The notes under the pieces: generated by a model
Seen by the model: the letters and a program-made list of their open reading frames with translations, nothing else
Told to the model about the DNA's origin: nothing
The model's database searches: none
Part shown: positions 48,691 through 62,468 of the stretch, one piece after another
How positions within the stretch are numbered: the first letter of the stretch is position 1
Layout: every line of letters begins with the position of its first letter
Program-made: the position numbers and the translations under genes
NCBI GenBank assembly: GCA_001600695.1
Contig: BCKQ01000008.1
Coordinates: forward strand, 338,569-402,568
DNA from: Ascoidea asiatica JCM 7603
Lineage: Eukaryota; Fungi; Ascomycota
Direction of reading: 5' to 3'
Length of the DNA stretch: 64,000 nucleotides

Positions 48691-49776
48691 TTTTTATATA
48701 ATTATATGATTAAATATATATATAAAATGAAAATAATAATAAAGAATAAAAGAATAAAAGAATAAAAGAATAAATAAATAAACATTTTTAAAAATGGATA
48801 AATTCTTAAATATTTATATCAATTATTATTTATTTTCATGAATGAATATTTGAATATTAATAAAATCTTTAATGACCAATGTATGTATGAATTATATTCT
48901 AAGAATATAAAGAATATAAAGAATATAAGGGATATTAAAAATATTGAAAGAATATGAGGGAAAATCAATCAAAATTTGATTGAATTGAAAGATAATTTAC
49001 ATTAATTTTCATAAATTTCATATAAACAAACAATTAAGGAAAATATCCTAAAATAGATAAAAATCGATAATAATAAATAAGAAATTTATGAATGAATAAG
49101 ATAAAATATCGAATTAATTGGAAAAAAAATTAAGAGAAAGTAAATTTAATTTTAATCACTCTGATTATTTATGATTATTTATGATTATTTAATAAATATT
49201 TAATAATTTTTAAAATTTTAAAATTGATAAGATAAATTTAAATTTATTTTAAAATTTTATAAAATTTGAAAAAAAAATAGGTTACTGAACCTGGTACTTT
49301 TTCTTCACACTATTTGCCAAGGAGGTATTAGTGTGTTCTACCTGAAATAAATGGGAATAGGGAATTATAATGATAATTAATTGGATGGTGGTTAAGTATT
49401 GTAAGAATAAGAATGTTTTAACTGTTTTAATTATTTTAAAAGGTGTGTGAGATAGAGCTTATTAAACTTATGAACGGCTGAAATTAAGCCCCAGATTACC
49501 TGTTAAATTGGAAATTGAATCGGCGTAAAAATGGTATTTACTCAAGTTCACCATGGCTTACTTTGTTAATGAGCCATTCTATTACCACAACTGTGGGTCC
49601 AAAATCAAGAAAAAAAGTTCCATGCAATAAATACAGGGAGATTAACAATGTTTAGCACTACTAAAAGAAAGATTTACTTAGAAATAGTCCCAATTGACAG
49701 GGGTTTATGATTTTGTTAGCCGGTGAGTGATTTTTGAAGTCTGATAACTTCCATTTTAGGAAAGTCAGCAATCAAG

Positions 49777-49805
49777 CGGAGCATCCTGTTTTGGGAATTC
49801 AACCG
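49777..49805. promoter_or_regulatory. Candidate weak-acid response element CGG-N23-CCG (War1 site)
   Basis: CGG 49777-49779, 23-nt spacer, CCG 49803-49805; about 1.1 kb upstream of PDR12. Confidence 0.6.
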
Positions 49806-50721
49806 ACCTTGAAAGCTTGTTCCCGGTCGGAGTGGTCCGGGACTAGGGAAGGCCACTCAGCAAATTGAGCAGTGATTTGATTGGCTGGAGGTGAATAGTC
49901 CAGTATTACAGAAGAAGTACCGTCAAAGCGGCGATGAAGTTGGTGGCAGTTGAGACCAAATATAAGGATCTCCCTCTTTTTCACTTCATTTTTCTTCTTC
50001 TTTCTTTGTGGTTGAAGGCAATCAAATGAATTGAATTGAAGTAATGAAATATCATTTTACTGCAGTGAGTTGTTGATCGATGAGTGAAGAAGAGAAGAGA
50101 AGAGAAGAGAAGAGAAGAAGTTCCTAAGCTCTGGTTTTGATTCTTGATGGATTTTCTTTTCTTTTCTTTGTGCTTCTTCAGTTGGTGTCAATGAACTGAA
50201 ATCATTGGCAATTTACACCTGGAATACTTTACTTTATAATAAAATCAGTAATATTCAGTCTTAATCATATCACTTCTCAATGCTTCTTTATTCAATTCAA
50301 TAATCAATTCAATAATCAATTCAATAATCAATTTAATAATTCATTCAACTTCTTTCATTCAATCCATGAAACTGGTTTCTTTTGTTTTCTACTTCCGAGG
50401 GAACGTGGTTACGCTGCTTCCGAAACTGCTTCTATTTCCGAGGAGTTAACGGATTTTCTTTTTTGTTGCCTTCGATGAATTTGATGAATTTGATGAATTT
50501 GAATTCAATCAAATTTTTTAATTCTTTTATTATAAAAAGGAATAAAGATTATCATTAATTAATTCAATTTCTTTTTTTTTTTTTTATCTTTTTTGTATTC
50601 CAATTGATTTACTTTATTTCTTTTAATCAATCTTTATAATCAATTACTCCTTTTTATCTCAATTCATTTCAATTCATTTGATAGATAATTATACACATAG
50701 ACATAGATTAGATAGTTATAG

Positions 50722-51626
50722 ATGACTTCAATTAAACAATCAAAACCACTTTGTATTGGTCATAGAGGTTTCAGAAGATTATATCCTGAAAATACAATTT
50801 ATGGATTTTCTCATTCAAAAGAATTTATAAATATTTTAGAAACTGATTTACATTTAACAAAAGATAATGAGATTGTAATTTGTCATGATTTAAAAACTGG
50901 TAAAATTTTTAATAAAAATTTAAATATTAATAATTCAAATTTAATTGATTTAAAAATTCTTAAAACTTTAAAAGAACCATATGAATCATTACCAACTTTT
51001 AAAAATTTATTAACTTGGTTTATAAAACAACAACAAAATTCATCCAATAATTTTAAAATAATGCTTGATATTAAAAAATCAAATCCATTAAAAATTTTAA
51101 AATTTATTTTAATTGAATTATTTAAAATTAATCCATTAAGAAAATTTTGGTTTAATAAAATTCAATTTGGTATTTGGAATTTAAAATTTTATAATTATGG
51201 TATTAATGAATTATCAAATTTTGATAATTTACCAATTTTTTATGGTTTTGAAATTATTAATATTTCAATTTCAATTTTTTCATCAATAAATTTATTAAAA
51301 AAATCTGATTTAATTATTAATAAAAATTTAAAAATTAAAGGTATTTCTATTTTATTTTTAAATTCTTTTAATAAAAGTTTATTTTCAAATAATATTACAA
51401 AAAATTCTAAAAATTTATTAAATTTAAAAAATTTTATAATAAATTTTTGTATTTATAAAAAAATTGATTTATATTTTTGGACTCCAAATTCAAATTTTGA
51501 TTTAAAATATTGTTTAAATTTTCCATTTGTTAAAGGTATAATTACTGATAATCCTGATTATTTAAAAAATTTTATTAATAATTATCAAGATATTCAATTA
51601 CCAATTTCTCAAACCAATGAAATTAT

Positions 51627-51662
<36 letters not shown>

Positions 51663-51810
51663 AAAAAAAATTGAATATTTGAATTTAAAAATTATTCAAT
51701 TAAAAAAATTATATCCTCCAATTTATACAAAATCTGGTTTAAAATTATTTTTTATTTATAATTATTTTAAATTTATTGAATTAATTTATTTTTATCTTGG
51801 TTTACTTTAA
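50722..51810 (+). CDS. PGC1: Glycerophosphodiester phosphodiesterase family, phosphatidylglycerol phospholipase C-like
   Basis: CIGHRGF...YPENTI...LETDLHLTKD..IVICHD, MLDIK, GIITDNP; hydrophobic C-terminus. Confidence 0.8.
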
Positions 51811-52062
51811 AATTACATATATATAATTAAATAATTAATATAAAATGAATGTTTATAAAATATAGAATTAAAGAAATAAAGAACCAAATTAGAAATGAGT
51901 GATGTATGTAAAAAAAAAAAAAAAAAAAAATAGCCAAAAATAGCCAAAAATAGTCCAAATTAATCATCTTTCACAAAATACCAAAATAAGCCAAAATATA
52001 TAAAGATTAATATAAAGAAAATAAGAAAATAAGAAAATAAGAAATTAAATAATTATAAAATC

Positions 52063-52845
52063 TTATAAGAAAAATAAAGCTGCAATTGCAATAAATGATG
52101 ATAATGAAATTGTATATCTTGAAACACCATTATTTGAATCAATTACACTAATAATTGGAGTACTTGAAGCCTCAGTAATTACACATGAAGTTAATCCTGA
52201 ACATGAAGTAATTGTTTTTGTTGTTAAAGTATTTTGACCAATAGTTGTTGTATTGGAAAAATATGGAGCAACAGTAACTTCAGAAGATGAAGATGAAGAT
52301 GAAGATGAAGTAGAAGCAGTAACAGATTCAGATGATGAAGAAGATGATGAAGAACTACTACCAGATTTTTTTAATTTCATTGGTAAACAAGATGAAGATT
52401 TTTTAGTTAATTCAATTGCATATTCTGTTGTTGAATATCTATAAGGATCATTAATATTTTGACAAGCATAATAAGTTTCTAAAGTATTATTTCTTAATAA
52501 ATAACCATCAGAATTAAATGACCATTTATCATAAGAATCAAAAACGGAATTAATTAAAATACCTTGATTTGAAGAAGTTGAAAATGAAACATAATATGTA
52601 TAACTATATGTAGAAGTTGTTGGAGTATAAATTAAATTTGTTTCATCATTATAAGTTAAAGATTCACCATCAGAATCAGTACCAATAAAAAAATAACTTA
52701 AACCAGCACCTTCATGAATTGAATTAATACCAAAAGTATTAATTTCATCATTATTTGGAGAATCTACAATTAATGAAATTTCATTTGTTGAAGCTAATGA
52801 AGAAGTAATTAAAGCTAAAGTTGATAATAAAATTTTAAAATTCAT
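52063..52845 (-). CDS. GPI cell-wall protein, Pga29/Pga30/Pga31(Rhd3)-like
   Basis: Signal peptide; SIHEGAGLSYFF and YACQNINDPYRYS motifs; Ser/Thr stalk; hydrophobic C-terminus. Confidence 0.85.
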   Translation of the reverse strand: MNFKILLSTLALITSSLASTNEISLIVDSPNNDEINTFGINSIHEGAGLSYFFIGTDSDGESLTYNDETNLIYTPTTSTYSYTYYVSFSTSSNQGILINSVFDSYDKWSFNSDGYLLRNNTLETYYACQNINDPYRYSTTEYAIELTKKSSSCLPMKLKKSGSSSSSSSSSSESVTASTSSSSSSSSSEVTVAPYFSNTTTIGQNTLTTKTITSCSGLTSCVITEASSTPIISVIDSNNGVSRYTISLSSFIAIAALFFL

Positions 52846-54163
52846 TTTGTTTTTGATTTTGTTTTTGATAATAAATATATAAAAAGAAAAAGAAAGAATA
52901 AATGGATATAAAAAGGGAAAAGATTATTACTTTATTTATACAAAATTCGTAAAATTATAAACTAAGGTAAAACTTTTATTTAATAAAAAATTTACTATTA
53001 GTAGTAATTTTAGAATTTAAAAAAAATAAAGGTCAAAGAACCTTTGTTAACTGAAAGCTTAAAGTTATAAGCTTTTCCAATGACATAAAAATATCTAGTT
53101 AATACTAGTTAATACTAATTTCTCTTTGTTTCTTTGTTTCTTTGTTTCATTTCTTTTAATAATGCCGAAATTTTATTCACTTTCAAATTTATTTTTAAAT
53201 TTTGAATTAATTATCAGAGTCTTTCATAACTGTTTCTAAATTGTTCTCAAGTTTATTTCTTTAATTATTCTCATGATTATTCTCATGATTTTGAAATGTT
53301 ATTTAGATCTTAAATAAGTTTTAAAATAATCTCATTACATTATTTATCCAAATTTAGTTAAATTCATAATCTAAAATGGATTTTAAAACTAATTTTATAA
53401 TTCTCAATCTGAGAGAATGACCAAGATAGAAATATTTATGAGCTAAATTGAGTATTGGTAATTGCCAATAAACTTCTTTTCAAAGTTATTTAGAAACCTC
53501 TCATAATATTTTCTTTATATTTGCATTATTATTTATTATTATTATTTCTTTATCCTTTCTTTATATTTGCATTATTCTTTCAACTCACAATTATTTTCTT
53601 CTGTGGTTAAACGCATTTGACGAGGCTCAGCAGTGGAAATTACGAATCCGGCCACGGATGTGGTAATAAAACACAGAAGATGTCATCGGACGCATAGCAG
53701 ACATTGACGGGTAACGAATAACGTTGACGGAAGTTGCACAGCATCACAAGGCATTACTTTTGCTGCCTAATGCATTTTAGTGCTTTGAATCTATAATTAG
53801 AAGCATTTGAGTTAATATTCACTTATTTCAATATCTGGTAATGGAATATGAATAATGAAATATAACAATGACATTTACATTTACATTTACAATTACAATT
53901 ACAATTACAATTACAATAACGATGACAGTCAGTTTTTTGAATAAATTAAAAACATATTACATTTATTTATTTTATGATTACTTTTATTAGTTAATATTTA
54001 GTATTTATTGATATTTATTATTAGTTATATACCGTATTGAAGAGAAGTTCTCTCACCTTAATCACCATCCCAGATATCACAACAACATGAACCAACACCA
54101 TGAAAGAAATAAAGAAATAATATAATATTGAAAAGGGGATAAAAACAAACAAAAAGTAATTCC

Positions 54164-54496
54164 TTAAATAAAAATCAATGAAGTAATTGTAATTAATGAA
54201 CCTAATAAAGAAATAGAATATTTAGAATATTTAAAATATTTAGAATTTCCATTATTTGATATAATTATATCAGGATTTGAATTATTTGAAAAATTAGAAA
54301 TTAAATTAGTTTCTATAGAATTAATTTCAATTGTATTTGTAACTATACTTGAATAATTTGAAAAAAATGGTTCAAGAGTTGTAACTAATGATTCATTTAT
54401 TAAAGTTGAAATTGAAGTTGAATTTATATCTAATCCAGAAACATAATTTGATGAAATTAATAAAATTATTGATGATGAAAGTAATTTGAAATTCAT
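54164..54496 (-). CDS. Small secreted / GPI-type Ser/Thr-rich protein, related to the neighbour at 52063
   Basis: MNFKLLSS signal, PFFSN motif, SNNG followed by a hydrophobic tail; AAAATG context. Confidence 0.65.
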   Translation of the reverse strand: MNFKLLSSSIILLISSNYVSGLDINSTSISTLINESLVTTLEPFFSNYSSIVTNTIEINSIETNLISNFSNNSNPDIIISNNGNSKYFKYSKYSISLLGSLITITSLIFI

Positions 54497-55243
54497 TTTA
54501 ATTATTGATTTTTAATTATTATTGATTTTTTTGAATATTTTTTAAGATAAGTTTGTTTAAATTAATAATTAATAAATAATGAGTGAAATAAGTTAAATTA
54601 TAAAAATATTTTTCAAAAAAAAAGAAGAATTCTTCAATATTTTATATCATTTTTAATTTCATTCAAATCTAAATCAATTTTTTAATCAATTCTTTAATCA
54701 ATTCTTTAATCAATTCTTTAATCAGTAAGTCAATTTTTCAATAAATTAAATAAAAATTTTCTTTTTTACACTTCACATTGTCTTAATTTAACAATAAATT
54801 TTAACATTATATCTTGACATATTTAAAATAACTAGTTCACCAATTCTTCTTTTTGGGTGTTATATTAGATATATTTAATTTCAATTACTTTCTTGATGGT
54901 CTAATTTCTTCTCAGACGAAGGTATGAAAACATTCACCACAGCCAGCATTTTCAACACTTTTCAACACTTTTCAACACTTTTCAACATTGTCAGCTTCAA
55001 TTTCAATTCTTTTAAAGTTAAAAGAGAAAAAAAACCGGCAATTTCAAAGCCAGCTATTTCAGAACCAGCACTGCGGGAGCCAGCACCCACCCACGTTTCT
55101 GGTCTTCACTTTTTTTTGTTATCTCAATTAGGAAATACACTCACTTAATATCTATTAAATTTATGCTATTTTATATACTGTAATTCTATTTAATAATCAT
55201 TTAACTATTTCATTTCATTTCATTTCATTTCATTTCAATTCAT

Positions 55244-56998
<1,755 letters not shown>

Positions 56999-57095
56999 TT
57001 AAAATAAACATTTTAAAAAGGAAAATGAAAATTAGTTAAGTATAAATTAATAAGTTGATTGAATGTATTTATATTTAAAATAATTAAAATATAAG

Positions 57096-57698
57096 TCGAT
57101 AAGTTTAGTATAATTTATCTCGTTCCTTGTCGTTAAAATATAAATATAAATATAAATATAAATATTCATTTTTATCGTTCCTTTCAATTTTTTTTTTTTT
57201 TCAAATTTTTCTTTCATTTCTTTTTTATTCATCATAGATTTCGATCATGTCATTTATCAAATTCAATAAGAACTTTTGTATTTGAAATATCTTTGATATA
57301 TATTATTAGTAATAAATTATTGTATTTATTATCATAATGGCATATCGAATAATTTTTTTAAAAAATCAGCAGTTTTAAAAAAAGTTTATTTAAATTGTAA
57401 ACGATGAGATTAAAATGATGATTTTCATTTGAAAAAAAAAGACTTGAATAGTAAAACGAAAGAATAGAATTAAAGCGTCGGTAACTATTCAATTGATTCA
57501 ATATTAAAGCATCCAATATTAATCTATGAATTCAATTACTTCTTTGCTTCTTTCTTTCTTTATTTATTTATTTCTTTATTGGATATTTCTTACTTTAATT
57601 GAATAAAAATTATCAGTTTTTTTTTGTATTTTTGTGGTTGTTTTTAAAAGGCGAATAAAAAAACAAAATTTCGTTTAAAAAAATAAACAACACGTGAC
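57096..57698. promoter_or_regulatory. ERG11 upstream cluster of Upc2-type TCGTT(T)A-like motifs plus a Cbf1 E-box
   Basis: TCGTT at 57120, 57130 and 57175; TAAACGA 57398-57404; AAAACGA 57453-57459; TCGTTTA 57671-57677; CACGTGAC 57691-57698. Confidence 0.55.
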
Positions 57699-57938
57699 AG
57701 GGCTTTAGTTTGAAAGAAGACCCGAGATAGTGGTCTCTAAATTGTTTTAGGGCTCTACCGGAATTTTAAATTTGAATTTTGAATTTGAAAAAGGAGAGAA
57801 ACAACAAAGAAAGAGAAGAAGAAGAAGAAGAAGAAGAAGAAAGAGAAGAAAGAGAAGAATAAACTGTTTGTATTGGAATGAAGAGAATGATAATGACAAT
57901 AGAGATAGGAATATAATCTAAGAAAGAACAATTGAAGA

Positions 57939-58337
57939 ATGATCAAGTCTGGAGTTGCAGGAGAGTTAAAAATTGAGAGAATTGTACCTGGAGATGGTAT
58001 TAATTTTCCAAAAACTGGAGATACAGTTTCAATTCATTATATTGGTACTTTAGAAAATGGAGAAAAATTTGATTCATCAAGAGATAGAAATGAAGAATTT
58101 AAAACAGAAATTGGTATTGGTAAAGTTATTAAAGGTTGGGATATTGGAGTTATGAAAATGTCAAAAGGTGAAAGAAGTAAATTAATTATTCCATATAATT
58201 TAGGTTATGGTTATAGAGGTTTTCCACCAGTTATACCACCAAAGGCTACATTAATATTTGATGTTGAATTAATTAATATAATTAAAAAAGATTTAAATAA
58301 TTATAATAATAATAAAAAAAGTTTCTTTTCCTGGTGA
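57939..58337 (+). CDS. FPR1: FKBP12 peptidyl-prolyl isomerase
   Basis: PGDGINFPKTGDTVSIHYIGTLENGEKFDSSRDR...VIKGWD...GFPPVIPPKATLIFDVEL. Confidence 0.95.
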   Translation: MIKSGVAGELKIERIVPGDGINFPKTGDTVSIHYIGTLENGEKFDSSRDRNEEFKTEIGIGKVIKGWDIGVMKMSKGERSKLIIPYNLGYGYRGFPPVIPPKATLIFDVELINIIKKDLNNYNNNKKSFFSW

Positions 58338-58383
58338 TCTATATGTATATGTATACGTATATGTATATGTACTGTATATATTA
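58338..58383. terminator. Compact convergent 3'-end region with TATGTA/TATATA efficiency-type repeats
   Basis: 46-bp gap between the FPR1 and TES1 stops containing atatgtatatgtatacgtatatgtatatgta. Confidence 0.55.
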
Positions 58384-59493
58384 TTAAAGTTTACTTTTTA
58401 TTTTTGTTTCTGTCTTATTTATATTATCTTTTTTTCTATCAATTGAAACTAAACCTTCTTGAAATATATAAGCAATTAAATTACCATTTTGATTATATAA
58501 TCTACCATTCATTAAACTTAAATCATTATTTGATTTTAAAGATTGAGTGATATATAAATTATAATTATTTAAATTAAATTCATTATAATTTAAATTTGTA
58601 TTAAAATAAATTGAATGATCTAAAGATACAGAAAATTTATTTGAGAAATATTTTTTATTATATAATGGCATTAAACCAAATAAAAAAAAACAATCTGAAA
58701 GGTATGAAATTTCAATATCTTTAAAAGAAAATGAATAATTTTTTTTAAAATTTTTTTTTAATTTAGATTCTTTAAATTTTATCCAATAATAATATTCTCT
58801 TTCATTAATTGAAATATTTTTATTAAAAAATTCATAATTTGAATTTATATTAAAATTTAAATCATTAATATTTTTATAAATTAATTTTTTTGGTAATTTA
58901 ACAATTAATGGATCATTTTCATAATAATATAATAATTTTTTATTAATTTCAGATAATTTATTATATTCAATTAATTTTTCTTTTGTTTTATTATTATTAT
59001 TATTATTATCATTTAATAAAAGATTTAAATTAATATTATTAAATTTAGATAACATTAAATTTAAAAAATTATCATTTTCACAATTTTCAATACATTCATA
59101 ATTTTTTAAATTAATTTTTGGTATTGAATTTAATTGATTATGAGATTTATTATCATCAATTTTTTTAAAATTTATAAATTGATTAAATATTATTTTATCA
59201 TTTTGATAAATTAAAACTTGTCTATTTATAAAATTTTTACCATTTCTAATTCTTTTAACTTTTAAAATTAAATTTTTATTATTTGGATCACCAGAAATTA
59301 AAAAATAATTATGTAAACTATGTGGTCTAAAATTAAATTTTGGTAAAGTTTTAAAAGCTGCTAATAAAGATAATGAAATTAAAGTACCACCAAATATACC
59401 ATTATTTTTACCAGGTACATGTAAATAACCTGTATTTTTAAAAATATCTTTTTCAATTTCAATTAAAGATAATTGATCTTGTAATAATGACAT
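58384..59493 (-). CDS. TES1: Peroxisomal acyl-CoA thioesterase II
   Basis: GIFGGTLIS, HSLHNYFL, RIRNGKNF, SYLSD, VSLDHSIYF, QEGL; C-terminal SKL. Confidence 0.92.
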   Translation of the reverse strand: MSLLQDQLSLIEIEKDIFKNTGYLHVPGKNNGIFGGTLISLSLLAAFKTLPKFNFRPHSLHNYFLISGDPNNKNLILKVKRIRNGKNFINRQVLIYQNDKIIFNQFINFKKIDDNKSHNQLNSIPKINLKNYECIENCENDNFLNLMLSKFNNINLNLLLNDNNNNNNKTKEKLIEYNKLSEINKKLLYYYENDPLIVKLPKKLIYKNINDLNFNINSNYEFFNKNISINEREYYYWIKFKESKLKKNFKKNYSFSFKDIEISYLSDCFFLFGLMPLYNKKYFSNKFSVSLDHSIYFNTNLNYNEFNLNNYNLYITQSLKSNNDLSLMNGRLYNQNGNLIAYIFQEGLVSIDRKKDNINKTETKIKSKL

Positions 59494-59830
59494 TTTTTAT
59501 ATAATAAGATATATTAAATAGATGTAAACAAGATTATGAATATTAATAAATGAATTTTATAAGTAATTGAATTAAATTGAAGGAAATTAAACTATTTAAA
59601 TTAAAATTAGTTAATTCATATCAATTGGCATATAATCAAATAAATTCAAATTGAATAATATTAAGATCAATAATAAGAAAGTGATGAAGTCAAATGAAAT
59701 AAATAATTATTAAGATAAAGAAGAAAGATAAAGAAAGATATTTGCACAGTCTTTTTGGAAATTTACACTTTTTGGGGAAGTTGAAACCAAATCCAAATTA
59801 GGAAACAGAATACAAAAGCGCATGTGACCG

Positions 59831-60061
59831 GAAAGGTACCGCAGTGGTGGTCGTACCATTACGTTGGTAGTACCATAACATTGGTAGATCCGCTCTGTTG
59901 GTAGTACCTCAACGATGGTAAATCCATGACATTGGTAGTACCATGAAGTTGGTAGATCCTTTGTGATGGTACTACCATTCTCACGGATCTACCATCTTTA
60001 CGGTACTACCACCACTCTGGTACAGCCAACACTGCGGTACTACCAACACTGCGGTACTTCT
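59831..60061. repeat. 14-unit array with exact 17-bp period (9-bp quasi-palindromic core + 8-bp variable spacer), orientation reversed mid-array
   Basis: Cores start every 17 bp from 59849 to 60053: GGTCGTACC, GGTAGTACC, GGTAGATCC, GGTAGTACC, GGTAAATCC, GGTAGTACC, GGTAGATCC | GGTACTACC, GGATCTACC, GGTACTACC, GGTACAGCC, GGTACTACC, GGTACTTCT; a partial unit lies at 59832. Confidence 0.95.
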
Positions 60062-61479
60062 TTTTCCTGTTCCAAACTCTGCGATTTTCCGCGAGATTTC
60101 AGAGCCAGTTTTTAAAGCCAGTTTTTAAAGCGAGAGTTTTCGCGTAGCACAAACAACAACAACAACAACAACAATAACAGAAAGAAGTGGATTAAAAACC
60201 TATTTTTTATTCATTTCAATTGCAAAATAAAGATTTCACGAATTCGCATAAATATCAATGATTGAAATGATAAAAGATAATGATAAATGATAAATGATAA
60301 TGATAAATGATAATGATAAGATATAATAAAATAATTGAAATGGTAGTCATTATCATCTGATAATTATCAGGCTCTGTTTAATGTCATGTTAAGTTAAATT
60401 TCTGCTGATTTTAGTTTTAAATAGTATTGTAATTCTAGACTATATTAAATATATTTTATTTTTAATGTGCCGTATATTTTATGTATTTTATATTAAATTT
60501 ATTATTATTCAATAGAATATATATAAAAGAATTGAAATTCAAGTACCTGAAGGATATAAAGAAGTAATAAAACAATAATAATTAAAAGAATTATTGACTT
60601 CTTGTATTGTTTTAATTTCAAAAGACAAAAGACTTTTTAAATTATTCAAAAAAATTTATTATTATATTTATTTTACTCTGAAAGATATAAAGAATTTCAA
60701 TTCAATTCAATTCAAAACAAAACAAAAATAAAATAAAATAAAATAAAATAAAATAAAATAAAAAAAAAGAGTAGAGATTGTAAATAAAAGATAAAAAAAA
60801 ATAATTGACTACTTTTAATTTGATCTAAAGATCATCATTTATAATTCTTATTCTTATTCTTATTATTATTCTTATTATTATTCGTTAATAATTGTATTAA
60901 AATTATCAATAAAATATTATTTTAATAATTTTACTTTACTTTTAAAACCTATAGGTTTTCATAAATTTCATAAAGTTCATAAATTTCATAAATTTCATTA
61001 TCTTAAATTATATTAGTTTAAAATAATCTTAAATAAAGTTAAAATTTAGTTTTATAAAGTTATAAAAAGCTTTATAAAGTTATGTTGAGTAAAAAAATTA
61101 TTTAATATTATTTAAAATTATTTGAATTCAAACGGTTTTTATTTATTTTTTGCTTTATTTATCAATTATTTATCAATTATTTATTAATTATTTATTAATT
61201 ATTTATTAATTATTTATTAAATATTTCATTTCATTTCATTTTAAGACAATTTTGTCTTATGTTTTCATGTATTAATACATTCTATTATTAATTCAATCTA
61301 TAATATTTATATCCTATCATTATCATATTCATAATCATATCAATTCAAATAACTTATAATAAATTATAATAAATTATCAATAAACAGAGTTAATTACATT
61401 CTTCTTTTCTTTCTCTTTCCATTTAAGGATATTTAAATCTATAATGTTTTAAGGAGTTACTCCTAAACATTCTTTTAAA

Positions 61480-61521
<42 letters not shown>

Positions 61522-62468
61522 GTTATAATTTGAATAATGAAAGATAATAAAAGATAAAATAAGATAAAATAAGATAAAATAAGATAAAAGATTAAAAGAT
61601 TCTCAATTTTATTTTAATCATTTACAAAATATTTTTAAAACTTTTTAATTTTTACAAAATTTATACTCTTTCTTACATTTTTTAAATTTCAATTCAATTA
61701 ATTTTAAAATGCCTTTAAAGCCTGTAATTACAATAATGACAAACTTGTTCAATATTTGAATATTTATTATTCATTATTTATTATTTATTATTTATTATTT
61801 ATTTCTTTTAATTTTATTACTTTTTTTTTTTAAATAATATTCTAGAATTAAATGTGATCTAAAGTTCACTTCCAACAATTTCACTTATTTTTTTTTTTTT
61901 TTCAATTTCTTATTAGAATATTTCACCAATTTTTGAAAAATTTTTAAAATTATTAAGAAATTATTGTTCATATTTCATAATATTTTATAATATTTTATAA
62001 TATTTTATAATAAATTTTCATTATTTTTCATATTCCTTTTAATTTCATTCATATTTTTCTTTTTTTTTTTATTTATTTATTATTATTTATTATTATTTAT
62101 TATTATTTATTATAACAACTCATAATTTTCAATTGAACTAATACAGTATTTAACCTTTTTAGTAAAAAAGTTACTTGAATAAGTAAGTTACTTCAGTTAC
62201 TATTCTATTATTTACTCGAGTATTGTAAATTTCTTTTGAAAAGATTTATAAAACTTATAAATTTCAATTCAAATTCAAATTCAAATTCAAATTTAAATTT
62301 AAATTTAAATTTTATATTCATATAAATATTTCAATTTATTCCTCTTTTTTTTAAAACTTTCAAATTTCAAAAAGTATATTTATTTAATTCATTTTATTTC
62401 AACTTTATTTCCTATTATCATTATATATCTCATTATATCTATTGAATATATCTATAATTTATTATAAA

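Noticed and set aside
59831-60061. CRISPR interpretation of the repeat-spacer array
   Set aside because: Eukaryotic context, a 9-bp repeat with 8-bp spacers is far too short, the orientation flips, and there are no cas genes.
59680-60330. GATAA clusters as nitrogen-regulation elements
   Set aside because: GATAA is expected very often at this AT content and occurs within simple repeats.
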